From: a virus
Lineage: Duplodnaviria; Caudoviricetes
DNA: 51,818 nt
Direction: 5' to 3' (one strand)
Virus record (IMG/VR): IMGVR_UViG_3300011116_000764
Span: 1-51,818 of that record
Shown in pieces: positions 16,832-26,933 of this stretch. The position numbers were made by a program, and so were the translations under genes. The notes beneath the pieces are model-generated. The model did not search any database. It was given only the letters and a program-made list of their open reading frames with translations, and was not told the DNA's origin. Positions within the stretch are counted from its first letter, which is position 1; every line of letters begins with the position of its first letter.

Positions 16832-19800
16832 ATGACACCACAGCAGCAACAACTCGACGCCAACGGATTCCCCGATTTTGAGCCGGTTCGCATCTACGAT
16901 GCACCGGCCACAATTCTGACACAAATCTACGACGGCGAGGGGTCCCTGGGTCGTGCAGTTCGCACCATCATGTCGCAGGAGTCCCTAAGTCCTGCAGAGC
17001 GTGACTCGTATGCCCAGCGTCTAAAGAAGGCACATGGCGGCAACCCCGTCATGGACACTACCATTGACTTGGCGTTGAACCCACTGGTGTGGCTGCTGTT
17101 CCTTACCAGCCCCATCGGCCGCGGTCAGTTCATCAAGACGGGCGGCAAGCTCATCCAGGGTCTGGGCGAGATGGACAAGAGCAAGTTTGCTGGCCGCGCA
17201 TTTGGCAAGGTGGCCGAGCTCTTTCGCCTCACGCCCCTTGCTTCCCTTGTGGGTATGCAGGAGACCACTGCACCTACTGAGATTGTGCACGCGGTCACGT
17301 CTCGTCTCCTCAAGCTTCAGAAGAACCAGTCAGACACCGTGGGTGCAGCACGTGGCAAGCTTGTTAAAGCGTTGGAGGCAAAGCACGGCGTCACCGACTT
17401 TGACCCCACTCGTCCTACCAATCCTGAGACTCGCGCGTTCCTTGAAGAGCTGAATCTCCTCTCCGCTATGTGGTCCTCGGGCAGCCTTGAAGGTGGAACC
17501 ACCAACTTCCCCAAGGCTGGCTTCACCCGAGTCGCCAAGATGAAAGTGGGGGGACGCGAGATTGCCCGCCCGCTTACGGAACGCGAGTACCAACAAATTG
17601 AAGATCAGCCCGCAGTTGGAGCAAAACTTACTGGGGCAATATTCAAAGACGCATCTGGTGTTGAGCATGAACTGCTCAGTGCCCCTATTACCATTGACGA
17701 CAGAAAAACCTTACGGGCCGCCCACGCTCTAATCCGTAGCGTGCACGGGCCGAAGGCTGAGTTGCCTAAGTACAGAGTGTTGGTGGATGACAATCAGAAT
17801 ATCTTTAACGTAGAGGGCCTTGGTAAGGAGTTTGCGCTTAAGTGGGCTCGCAAGCACGGGATTGAAGAAGAGTTTGTCAACTACATGAAGGCTGGCGAGG
17901 AGTACCGCCTTCAGATGAAGAAGTATTTGTTTGGCAAGCTTGGACCCAACAACGAACTACCAGCTACGTTTGAGATTGACCCAGAAAAGGTTTCTCGCGT
18001 TTGGTTACGGTCGCAGCGTGGGGATAAGGAAAATGCCACACTTGAAGAGTGGGTGCTTAACTCCCTTGTGGGTACGGACACTATTGACAGGATTCTGCCT
18101 AGGTGGGCCAAGGAGGCGTTGCGACGAGGCACACCGGGTATCAAGTTGGATGATACTTATGACTTAATTCGCAGGACACTTGGCCCACAAATGGAAGCCG
18201 CATATCTGCCCCGCAACACCTTCAACCTCTACGGCAAGGAACGTGGCAAGCTTGCTGGCATTGGCCCTACGGATACAGATGCACTGATTCGTGGTCGTGG
18301 TGCAAAGGATGTATTGACGGTTCCTGGTGTGGCGTTGCCTCGTAGGGGTAATGCTGTGCCTGTAGACCCAAACGACTTGAAGATCATTGAGCGTCTTATT
18401 GGCAACCGTGAAGCAAAGGTTGTGGTGCCTGGGTACGAAGACGCCTCGTTAGCTCGGGTAATGGTCCGCACAAACCACGAGTTGCAAAACGCGGCTACTG
18501 CTCGTGTAGCAACGCACACGTTGAACCACGAACTGGCAATGCGTAACTACGTGGGAGACATGCACTCAGCTATCGGCCTGCATGCCCTTGAGATTACACC
18601 CGCGCTTCGAGAGACCGTGCTTGGTGCAGTGCGACGTCCCCCTGCTCAGCAGCTTGCGGGCAACCGACTTGGTGAAATTGCAGAACTTAGTGACACCACC
18701 AAGCGTCGCTTGAAGCAGATGGGTGCAGACCCCGAGCTTATGACGGGTAATGTTTACACAGCCCCTGAAACTCTTGAGGTTCATCCGCTGGCCCTTGAGT
18801 TGCGATTCAAACTCAAGGATGTACACGCACGCATCAAAGAGTTGGAAGCAAAAACAAGCCCAACACCAGCTCAGGCTAGAGCCCTTGAGGGACTCAAGCA
18901 AAGAAGGGCAAGTCTGCAAAATGACATGAAGATCATCGGCCGCACAAGCCTGCGGCCGGACGTTGCCCTTTTGGGGGAGACCACACCCACCCGCTTGAGC
19001 ATGGCGGATGCGATTGACGTGGTCATGGGTCGTGAGTCTCCGGCTACCCGCGAATACTTTGAGAAGGGCATTCTTCCCTCGATGTTTGGTGGCACCAAGC
19101 CCACGCAGATGTTCGGGTTGCAGATGAGTCAGCAGGCTCGCAAGATGGCACTGTCCACTGCCAACTCCGCTCCTGCAAAGTGGATCGAGAACAACGGTGG
19201 ATACCTGGGCAAGGCCATGGTCAAGCAGATGCGCGACTACGGCAACATGTCCGCGTACGAACTGGACGCTGCCCATGCCGCCGGTGGCCTGACCGGCTAC
19301 CTCTACGCCACGCACTTGGGTTTCAATGTGGCATCTGCCGCGTGGAACATGTTGCAGCCTTTCCAGTGGGCAGCCACGTGGATGGGTTCACCCGAAATCA
19401 TCAAGGCGTACGGCACTGCACTCAAGCAGATGGGCGGTTACCTGGCGGAGCGCGCCAAGCACCCGCTGCGTATTGATCCGCAGACCCAGATGGAGTTGTG
19501 GCAGAAGCACATCCGACTGGCTGGCAAGGAGTCATACGGCCGAGACCTCATCGGCATCACCCCCGGTGTGATATCCACCTTTGAGTCTGCTGTGTACTCG
19601 AAGCCGCCTGAGGGTCGCCCCGGTCTGTTGAAGTTCTTGACGATTGATGCTCCGCTCAAGTTGTTCCAGACCGCTGAAGCACTAAACCGCATTGTGGTCG
19701 CCGAGGCTGGGTACAGCTGGTACAACAAGATGCAGAAGAGTGCGGGGATGGACATCCCAACAAGCCGCGTCCTGGATCACATCCAGGAACTGCAGTCGAT

Positions 19801-20839
19801 GGTGAACTTCTCCTACAGCCCTGCTACCCAAATGAAGATGTTCCAGAAGGGTCAGATACTTGGCAACCCCTTCATGCGCATGTTCCTCCAGTACCCCAGC
19901 CGTACCATCGGTAACTTCATGTTGTCGCAGCAGGTGGGTGGTGGCGTGCGTGAGTTCGGTCTGCAGAAGATTGGTGGCCCGGTGTTCGGCGAGATCCCTG
20001 CACTGGCCGGTGACACAATGCGCATCCTGGGTCTGAGCGCCGTGGGCTACGAGGTGGGCAAGAACCTTCTGGGCCTCGACCTCTCTCCCGGTTTGTCCGG
20101 TGCCGCCATTTCCCAGTTGCCCAACCAGTTTTTCACCAAGGGAATCCCCGTTCCCCCAGTCATTGACATCCCGGTACAACTCGTGGGGGGACTGCTCCAG
20201 GGTGATCAGGAGCAGATCCGACAGGCGGCGTTCCGACTGGTGCCGGGTGGCGTCACTCTGCAGAAGGCATTGGGTGCACTGCCCGCTGTGCCGGGTGGTG
20301 GGCCCTTCGGTCTGTTGCAGTCGCAGTACGCAGACTGGACCAATCGCACGCCCGACGGTCAGGTGCCTGTGTACCGGGACGATGGCACGCTGCAGTCGTT
20401 TGATTCGCCGCTAAACCTGGTGATGCGTGGCATCGGTGCGGACTTCAAGAAGTTCCAGTCGCCTATGGAGGCCACAAAGTTCCTGCTGGCTAACAGGGCC
20501 GAGATGGTGGACATGCGTCGCAAGTACAAGGATGCGGTGCTGGGCAACAACATGTCGGGTGCCAGCGTCATCGAGGCGGAATACAAGAAGCGATATGGCG
20601 TGCCCATGACGGTAAAGACCAGCGAGTGGGACCGTGCCGTGCAGTTGCGCTCAGCCCCTCTCGCGGAGCGCATGCTGGACACCCTCCCGTCGGAGATGCG
20701 GCAGCAGTATCAGCAGTCGCTGTCTGGTATGTCGCAGCAGTTTGGTCTGCCACCCGGTGGGTTGGAGGATTCGGACACGTCGCGTCAGCGTCAGTCCATC
20801 CGCCAGTTCAATCCGTCAGTCAACGTCCCCGGGCAGTGA
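16832..20839 (+). CDS. Large internal virion (ejectosome-type) protein
   Basis: 1335 aa, last gene of the arm; C-terminal GYLYATHLGFN...QPFQ...MFLQYP helical region typical of podovirus large core proteins. Confidence 0.65.
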   Translation: MTPQQQQLDANGFPDFEPVRIYDAPATILTQIYDGEGSLGRAVRTIMSQESLSPAERDSYAQRLKKAHGGNPVMDTTIDLALNPLVWLLFLTSPIGRGQFIKTGGKLIQGLGEMDKSKFAGRAFGKVAELFRLTPLASLVGMQETTAPTEIVHAVTSRLLKLQKNQSDTVGAARGKLVKALEAKHGVTDFDPTRPTNPETRAFLEELNLLSAMWSSGSLEGGTTNFPKAGFTRVAKMKVGGREIARPLTEREYQQIEDQPAVGAKLTGAIFKDASGVEHELLSAPITIDDRKTLRAAHALIRSVHGPKAELPKYRVLVDDNQNIFNVEGLGKEFALKWARKHGIEEEFVNYMKAGEEYRLQMKKYLFGKLGPNNELPATFEIDPEKVSRVWLRSQRGDKENATLEEWVLNSLVGTDTIDRILPRWAKEALRRGTPGIKLDDTYDLIRRTLGPQMEAAYLPRNTFNLYGKERGKLAGIGPTDTDALIRGRGAKDVLTVPGVALPRRGNAVPVDPNDLKIIERLIGNREAKVVVPGYEDASLARVMVRTNHELQNAATARVATHTLNHELAMRNYVGDMHSAIGLHALEITPALRETVLGAVRRPPAQQLAGNRLGEIAELSDTTKRRLKQMGADPELMTGNVYTAPETLEVHPLALELRFKLKDVHARIKELEAKTSPTPAQARALEGLKQRRASLQNDMKIIGRTSLRPDVALLGETTPTRLSMADAIDVVMGRESPATREYFEKGILPSMFGGTKPTQMFGLQMSQQARKMALSTANSAPAKWIENNGGYLGKAMVKQMRDYGNMSAYELDAAHAAGGLTGYLYATHLGFNVASAAWNMLQPFQWAATWMGSPEIIKAYGTALKQMGGYLAERAKHPLRIDPQTQMELWQKHIRLAGKESYGRDLIGITPGVISTFESAVYSKPPEGRPGLLKFLTIDAPLKLFQTAEALNRIVVAEAGYSWYNKMQKSAGMDIPTSRVLDHIQELQSMVNFSYSPATQMKMFQKGQILGNPFMRMFLQYPSRTIGNFMLSQQVGGGVREFGLQKIGGPVFGEIPALAGDTMRILGLSAVGYEVGKNLLGLDLSPGLSGAAISQLPNQFFTKGIPVPPVIDIPVQLVGGLLQGDQEQIRQAAFRLVPGGVTLQKALGALPAVPGGGPFGLLQSQYADWTNRTPDGQVPVYRDDGTLQSFDSPLNLVMRGIGADFKKFQSPMEATKFLLANRAEMVDMRRKYKDAVLGNNMSGASVIEAEYKKRYGVPMTVKTSEWDRAVQLRSAPLAERMLDTLPSEMRQQYQQSLSGMSQQFGLPPGGLEDSDTSRQRQSIRQFNPSVNVPGQ

Positions 20840-21196
20840 GTCCCACTTGCCCATGGCGCAGGAGACGACCTCTTCGGCGGTCAGTCGTTCCATCCACACC
20901 ATGAAAGACTCGCCACGGTCGGGTTCATCAGGGTGCTCATCGCGCCATCGCTGGTACAACATGAACACGGACGAGATAATGAGCCCTGCCTCCTCAACGC
21001 GCATGGTGTGCAGGCCCTCAAGCACACGGATGCGCTCTGAGAACCGGGTGACCATGCGTTCCAGCATGTCGGCGTGAGCCTGCAGGTCAGACTTCTTGGA
21101 CCCCATGTCGGAGCGTGGGGTCCGAGGTCCGCCGTTGACTCGGTGCCGGTACTGTGGCTTCATCTCAGGGGTAGAGCCTACCTGTATTTCGTTCAT
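20816..21196 (-). CDS. Hypothetical protein
   Basis: ATGA coupling with the upstream gene sets the start at 21196; converges on the late arm. Confidence 0.65.
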   Translation of the reverse strand: MNEIQVGSTPEMKPQYRHRVNGGPRTPRSDMGSKKSDLQAHADMLERMVTRFSERIRVLEGLHTMRVEEAGLIISSVFMLYQRWRDEHPDEPDRGESFMVWMERLTAEEVVSCAMGKWDSLPGDVD

Positions 21197-21804
21197 ATAC
21201 GGTACCAGAACTGGAAATTTTTCCCGTCCGTGGTGGCACGCGCCGACCACTGGCAGGCTTTGGGGGATAGCCGAACCGCAGACCCAAGGATGCCGTCCAT
21301 GGCATCCCGGATCTGGGTTGGTATCTGAAAGGAGGCGACTCGCCAGCGCCCACCTTCCAGAAAGGCCGTGAAGTCTAGGCTGTCCGCCAGACGCACTACG
21401 TTGCCCCGGGTTGGCTCCGAGCGTTCCAACCACCCCTTGACCCTCTCCAAGGCAGGGGCTGGCTGCTGGGCCTCCCAGGACGCCAAGAGCCACTGGGAGC
21501 GTCCCCCCAGCGGATGGGGGGTCTCCCATAGGTCGAGGGCACACCGGCTCCTGTGGAGGCTACGGCGGGGAGAGGTGGGGACAGGGGGGCATGGGGCCTT
21601 GGATCCACGCATAGTGGGCCAGAACCGCAGGGCCCGGGGGTTCCGGGCGTCAGGGCGGACAAGTTGAATGTGAGCCACGCCGTTTCCAGCGTGGACCCAC
21701 TTGCAAAAGGAAGCCCCCTGGACACCGGTCGGGTAATCCAGGGGGCGATCGTGGGGGGACGATTGCTCGCCATCGTAGTGACTGCTTCCCACAAGGCAAG
21801 TCAT
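21193..21804 (-). CDS. Hypothetical protein
   Basis: ATG 10 nt after the SSB stop; ATGA overlap at its 3' end. Confidence 0.55.
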   Translation of the reverse strand: MTCLVGSSHYDGEQSSPHDRPLDYPTGVQGASFCKWVHAGNGVAHIQLVRPDARNPRALRFWPTMRGSKAPCPPVPTSPRRSLHRSRCALDLWETPHPLGGRSQWLLASWEAQQPAPALERVKGWLERSEPTRGNVVRLADSLDFTAFLEGGRWRVASFQIPTQIRDAMDGILGSAVRLSPKACQWSARATTDGKNFQFWYRI

Positions 21805-21814
21805 GGCGTTGGAA

Positions 21815-22339
21815 TCAAGACAGCGACAGCGGGGCGACCAGGAACTCCTTGAAGTACTTGGTGCCGGGCTTGGCCTTGCTCTCGTCGTAACGCGCACGGA
21901 GCTTGACCGGGATCACGTTGCCGTTGTTGATGCGCTCCTGCACGGTCTGCATAGCCATCTGCAGATTCTCAGGACGACGGCCGATCAGGGTGGTCAGGTG
22001 ACCCTTGATGCGCTCCAGTTCGATGCGAGCGCGGGTCTTGGCACCCTCGTCGGTCAACTGGGTCGGGTCAGCGGGCATCTGGAATCGGGCACCCGTAAAG
22101 CTGCGAGGCTCGGGGCTGCCCGGATCTTCGACCATCTGGTACTGAAACGTGATGTCGATGGACGGGAACAACTGGCCGTCCTTCTGCTTGAACTCTCCTT
22201 CCTCGATGGTCATGCCCGTGACGAGCACGGCATGGTCACCGGCATCGGGACGCCAGCCTGCGCCGGAGCCCTCGGTGTTGGCCTCGACCGAGGCGAAGGA
22301 GTTGTTGTACGCAGCAAACATGGTGGACTTGATAGTCAT
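21815..22339 (-). CDS. Putative ssDNA-binding protein (DUF669-like OB fold)
   Basis: WRPDAGDHAVLV strand pattern; directly downstream of the Sak4-like ATPase. Confidence 0.6.
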   Translation of the reverse strand: MTIKSTMFAAYNNSFASVEANTEGSGAGWRPDAGDHAVLVTGMTIEEGEFKQKDGQLFPSIDITFQYQMVEDPGSPEPRSFTGARFQMPADPTQLTDEGAKTRARIELERIKGHLTTLIGRRPENLQMAMQTVQERINNGNVIPVKLRARYDESKAKPGTKYFKEFLVAPLSLS

Positions 22340-22490
22340 GACAGTAAGCCTTTCGTGAAAGGAGTTAGAAATGGAAATGAGACACGGAACGAAGACAAAG
22401 AAATCGACACGTTATACGGACTTGTCGATTGGGTAAACGGGAGGCGGGGGTGGGACACCGTCGAGGGCCCACCCCCAGCCCTTCCGGGGG

Positions 22491-23396
22491 TCAGGGAGTG
22501 TTGGCGGTCTTGTAGGCCTCCTCGAACAGGCCCCAAGGGTCAACTGCACTGGTCACGTCGATGTCCTGCATCGGCTTGAGTGTGCGAGTACGGATGAGTC
22601 GCAGGTAGCGCGGGTCACGGAACGAGATGGTACGCGTGATCGTCTGCTTGGTGACAGTACGGTTTTGCGTAACCTGCTTCCCGGCCACGGTAACAACTGT
22701 TGGTTCCACGGTGGAGACTTCGCGCACTTCTGAGCGCATGGGTGCAATGATTTCTACCACCTTGGACAGTCGCTCCCGCAGGCCGGGAGGCAGGGAAAGG
22801 TAGTGCTCCTCTACCTTGGATCCTTCGCCGATCTCCACCCAGTCGCGGGACAGGTGGGCGAGCAGCCAAACGCCGTAGCCGTGTGAGCGCAGACGGTGAG
22901 CCACATCAATCACCGTGTCGTACAGACGCTCCCACGCAGCAGGGCCATGTGCCTGCTCAAAGAGTTCCTTGCCCATCTGCCGTGCAACCCACGGCTTGAG
23001 CAGACGGATCATCGGGATCATGGTGTCAATGACGACCATTGAGGGGCGCTCGTCTCCGTTCTTAGCCATATCACATAGCTGCTTGATCTTGGCTTCGACG
23101 TGATCCCAGGTAATGATGAGCGGCTTTCCGTCGACGTCCATTGGACGACCATCAATACCAATGCCGGGCCACACTGCACACTTGGCGTGGGGGGACACGG
23201 TGCTTGACAGATCGAGGTTGATGACGAAGGCGTCGGGGCAGGACTGGAACAAGTAAGACTTGCCAGAGTTCTGCTCACCCACGACCATGCCGAAGAGATT
23301 GCGGAGCGAATAGAGACCAGGTCCACCTTGGAATCCTAGCCCCTTGTAGGCCCGAACGGGGCCAGTGCCTGCTGCTGTTGTCTGATGAATGCTCAT
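22491..23396 (-). CDS. Sak4-like / AAA_24 recombination ATPase
   Basis: Walker A GEQNSGKS, Walker B VVIDT, LLAH motif; sits between nuclease and SSB. Confidence 0.8.
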   Translation of the reverse strand: MSIHQTTAAGTGPVRAYKGLGFQGGPGLYSLRNLFGMVVGEQNSGKSYLFQSCPDAFVINLDLSSTVSPHAKCAVWPGIGIDGRPMDVDGKPLIITWDHVEAKIKQLCDMAKNGDERPSMVVIDTMIPMIRLLKPWVARQMGKELFEQAHGPAAWERLYDTVIDVAHRLRSHGYGVWLLAHLSRDWVEIGEGSKVEEHYLSLPPGLRERLSKVVEIIAPMRSEVREVSTVEPTVVTVAGKQVTQNRTVTKQTITRTISFRDPRYLRLIRTRTLKPMQDIDVTSAVDPWGLFEEAYKTANTP

Positions 23397-23812
23397 TGGA
23401 ATCCTTGTGATAGACGTGCGATCTCACCGAAGGCATCACCGAATCCCCGCGACGGGCGGAAATCGAACTGCTCTTCGTTGTCAAACTTTACTTCCTGTTC
23501 CCCTGCATCCGGGCGGGGGCCGGCCCCCCCGCCCGGGGCGGGGACTGGACCAGTATTGATGCCTTCAATGCGCACAACCTTGCGGAAAGAAATGCCAAGT
23601 GCTTCAAGCCACGTGTTGAACGTGGAGAAAGACACGGTGCTCTGCGTCGACTTCTTGAATGCAGTGTGCAACGTGGACTTGTTGGTGATCTCAGAGTCAG
23701 TGCGAATGAGTTCAGCAAGTGCGGGCTTGATGATCTGTTGCAGCACGGGCATGAGCAAAGTACCAAACTCACTGCGCTGCAGTTTGCTGGGCGGATACGG
23801 ATCCGTCGTCAT
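23393..23812 (-). CDS. Hypothetical protein (possible HTH)
   Basis: AGGAGA SD before ATG 23812; SFSTFNTWL helix. Confidence 0.65.
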   Translation of the reverse strand: MTTDPYPPSKLQRSEFGTLLMPVLQQIIKPALAELIRTDSEITNKSTLHTAFKKSTQSTVSFSTFNTWLEALGISFRKVVRIEGINTGPVPAPGGGAGPRPDAGEQEVKFDNEEQFDFRPSRGFGDAFGEIARLSQGFQ

Positions 23813-25064
23813 TGGTTGTCTCCTGTGGTGTGTCCCGGTCCGAAACGAGGAACCCCTCCTGCAGTACGATGTCCGGCCATTCCGTGACAGGTCGCAGGAT
23901 GAAAGGGGCGTATGTGTCCAGTGTACCAGATCCGTGGACTTCTGTGGGCCACGGATACTCATGTGGTTCAATTGCGGCGATTCTCCACTTATTCACCGCA
24001 GCCAACCGGGCCCGGTACTGGGCCGCCCAGTGGGGATCCATCAGGGCAGTGCCTGAGGTGAAGGACAGGTCGATGACGGGGTCAGCAATGCGGTCTGCGG
24101 ACAAGTGGATGTAGTCCTTCTCGCCGCGGTACCACTGACGGCAGCGCTCCAGATAGTTTTCTAGCCGGGGTTCGCCGGTGTAGATCTTCTCGTTGCGTGG
24201 CTGGCCCTTGCGGGGGCCCGTCTTAAAGGGACTCTCGTCAAGCACATAGTCCCGGTCGGCTTGGCCGAAGGAAATGGTGGGCTTGCGGATGATGGCGTGG
24301 AGCATGCCCCCCACGGTCACGTCGGAGGGCAGGTCGTACTTGGCTTGGAGTTGGCCCGTCTTGATCATGTGATCGAGGATGTGCATGTAGTGCTGGGTCT
24401 GTGGCTCGATGGGGCACGACGCTGCACGCATGCGGGGGCTGATGCCCGTGGTCTTGTAGTCCACGATCCACAGAGAGTTCTGGGTGTGGTGGTGGAGCAG
24501 GAGGTCGGGCTGCATGACGCAGTCGATGGGGGCAACCCGCTTGTCGTCCACTTCCAGGTTGGTGCGGAGGATGCACTCCTGACAGATGGGCGTGAAGTTG
24601 GGGTCCGAGAGGAACTCGTGCAGGGTGCGACCGTTGGAGATGGCTCCATTGATGGGCATGTCTTTGGTTGTGAGGGCCCAGACCCAGGCGCACGTGGCGT
24701 CCTGTTCCTCGGTGGCAAGGATCTCGCGGATGCGTGCGTCACCCATGGCAAGGGTGGTGCACACATTGCGGAGCTCATCCATGCGAACCTCGAGCTTGGC
24801 CTTGTACTGGGTGTGGGCTTGATCGCCCGTCATCCCCGGCTGAAGGAGGATCTCAAGGGCGGCGTGGAACCAGGTGCCCTGCGAGAGGGCCACGCTGTAG
24901 CGCAGCGCTGGGACCAGGCCCAGCTTGCGAGTGAGGTAGTAGTGGAACGGGGATCCGAGCGAACGGAAGTCGGACGAACGGATGGGGGGACGACGCTCAA
25001 CCAGACCGTGCTGGGCGAGCAGATCACGCGACCCCGTGGGGGTCGACCGGAACTCAGGCGGCAT
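23769..25064 (-). CDS. PD-(D/E)xK exonuclease (RecB/Cas4-like family)
   Basis: GTWFH, QPDLL, IVDYKT and QTQHY motifs. Confidence 0.85.
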   Translation of the reverse strand: MPPEFRSTPTGSRDLLAQHGLVERRPPIRSSDFRSLGSPFHYYLTRKLGLVPALRYSVALSQGTWFHAALEILLQPGMTGDQAHTQYKAKLEVRMDELRNVCTTLAMGDARIREILATEEQDATCAWVWALTTKDMPINGAISNGRTLHEFLSDPNFTPICQECILRTNLEVDDKRVAPIDCVMQPDLLLHHHTQNSLWIVDYKTTGISPRMRAASCPIEPQTQHYMHILDHMIKTGQLQAKYDLPSDVTVGGMLHAIIRKPTISFGQADRDYVLDESPFKTGPRKGQPRNEKIYTGEPRLENYLERCRQWYRGEKDYIHLSADRIADPVIDLSFTSGTALMDPHWAAQYRARLAAVNKWRIAAIEPHEYPWPTEVHGSGTLDTYAPFILRPVTEWPDIVLQEGFLVSDRDTPQETTNDDGSVSAQQTAAQ

Positions 25065-25076
25065 GTTGTTCTCCTG

Positions 25077-26933
25077 TTAGAGGGTAATTGAACGAAGGTC
25101 TGAACTTGACAAGTTAGTTGGCCAATACTTCAGTTGCCTCAAGTGAATTGGGAAGTACTCAGTATCTGCAGCGGATGGGTCTTGGTGCATCAAGAACAGC
25201 GTGGGCGTAGCAAGGGTACCAGTACCTGTAGCAGTTGATTGCACGGTTCCGTTTATGCAATAAGTCATAGACTGACCTGTGTTTGCAAATGCAACGGCAG
25301 CCTTGAATGTCGTGGCAACAGGTCGAGTGTAAAAAGCACCTGTCACAATTGAACTAGGGGTTGCAGTCCATGTGTCGCCACCAATTCTAGGGTTTGTACC
25401 CGAAGAGTTGTTGAGTTGGAATCGCATGACCCGAACGGGACCCGCACGATACATGCCCGCAAATGCAGGGAAACTAGTTGTGTTGGATTCAGACTGCACA
25501 TCCATGTTCCACAAGAAAGTGCCTGCAGTTTGATTCCAACCCATTAAACTGATGTCAGTCATTGACAACTTATCTACTGCCCTTGTTACGTTGCTTGCGC
25601 CAGTTGGGATGTACGACGATGCACCGGAGCCTGCTTCTAGTTGTGCGCCCCAAATGTGAAACGACGCATTTGTTTCTGAACCCGTTGTGTTGGGGTAAAT
25701 CAATATCGCAACTGGTCCAGCAGAAAGTGCTGCTGTCGTGGTGAATTGAACCCGTGTCCATTGGCTTGTGGATAGGCCGGAAAGCGTAACAACATTTCCC
25801 GCCACGCTTGTTGATCCGGGGCCAGAAATAATAGAGGCTGTTCCTGCTACAAATGATGTTGTGTAAAGCCCAAACTGTACTTGTGTGGTTGTGGTTCCGG
25901 AATATGTGCTGGCTTTGAACCACGCGGAAAATGTATGCACAGCGTTTGTGACGGTTACGCTCTGCTGGAGAGGGCCGCTATTCGCGGTTTCAGCAAACTG
26001 GAATGCAGTTGATCCACCTGCGGGGTTAGTTGTACTGACCACCGTTCCGGTGTTTGAGTTGTAATACCAATTTGTCGAGCCTCCAGATATAGCAAAAGAT
26101 TCACTCCAACAAAGCAGATTAGTGGCCGCACCTTCGATAAGCAGTCCACGCGCAGTCAGCGTGGTCGGGTCGTAGTCGAAACGGGGGGCTTGATAGGCAG
26201 TGCTTGTAGATGAGTTTGGCACAGGAGCTGGAAGCAACGAAACGCCACGCTGAAGTTGCGGGGTTGAAATCACAATCGTGTAAGTTGCACCAGCAACTCC
26301 ACTACCCTGCAGCAAACGAATTTGCGAGCCGCCACTAAACACCATTGACCATGTTCCAGGCGTCACCTCAGTGTTTGCTCCACTAGCACCAACAGACACA
26401 CCATCTTTGTAGTACAAAATGCTTGCATTCTCTGGAGCTGCTGCAGCGCCGTTGAACGCAAGCAAGTTTCCGACCGTTGGCCCTGTTCCACTAACGGAAT
26501 GCACAACCAATGACAGTGTGTAAGCCAGCCCCGATGGCACGGTCTGAGCTTGGTGCATAAACGATTGAACTCCACTCGTTACAGTAATTGATCTCTTGCC
26601 AGTTTCTGGAATGGTTACAACCGCATTTGGGGTTGTGCCGTTATACATGGTCCATCCACTTGGAACTGGATTTGAGTCTGTCCAAGTAGAGTTCAAGACA
26701 AAATTGTGATCTGCGTACTGCACATACCCCAGCGAGTTAATGAAGGTAGCTGGGGTGCTGACGCCGCCCGGGGTGATGCGCGTGAAGGTGAAGCGAGTAT
26801 CAAGCGATGACATCGCCGTGAAGTCAAGGGACAGCGTGGACCCATCGCTTGCTTCAAGCGCGGGGTAGATGCGGTTACGCTGGTCGCGTGTGCCGAAGGC
26901 GTCGATTGAAGACGCGCGTGTTCGATTCATCAC
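25077..26933 (-). CDS. Head/tail fibre-like protein with carbohydrate-binding-type beta domains
   Basis: LSLDF...FTFTR, APRFDYDP...GLLIEG.ATNLL and WGAQLEAG..ASSYIPT motifs common in phage fibre/spike proteins. Confidence 0.75.
   Translation of the reverse strand: MMNRTRASSIDAFGTRDQRNRIYPALEASDGSTLSLDFTAMSSLDTRFTFTRITPGGVSTPATFINSLGYVQYADHNFVLNSTWTDSNPVPSGWTMYNGTTPNAVVTIPETGKRSITVTSGVQSFMHQAQTVPSGLAYTLSLVVHSVSGTGPTVGNLLAFNGAAAAPENASILYYKDGVSVGASGANTEVTPGTWSMVFSGGSQIRLLQGSGVAGATYTIVISTPQLQRGVSLLPAPVPNSSTSTAYQAPRFDYDPTTLTARGLLIEGAATNLLCWSESFAISGGSTNWYYNSNTGTVVSTTNPAGGSTAFQFAETANSGPLQQSVTVTNAVHTFSAWFKASTYSGTTTTQVQFGLYTTSFVAGTASIISGPGSTSVAGNVVTLSGLSTSQWTRVQFTTTAALSAGPVAILIYPNTTGSETNASFHIWGAQLEAGSGASSYIPTGASNVTRAVDKLSMTDISLMGWNQTAGTFLWNMDVQSESNTTSFPAFAGMYRAGPVRVMRFQLNNSSGTNPRIGGDTWTATPSSIVTGAFYTRPVATTFKAAVAFANTGQSMTYCINGTVQSTATGTGTLATPTLFLMHQDPSAADTEYFPIHLRQLKYWPTNLSSSDLRSITL

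Noticed and set aside
25077-26933. Diversity-generating retroelement target
   Set aside because: No reverse transcriptase and no template/variable repeat pair seen.
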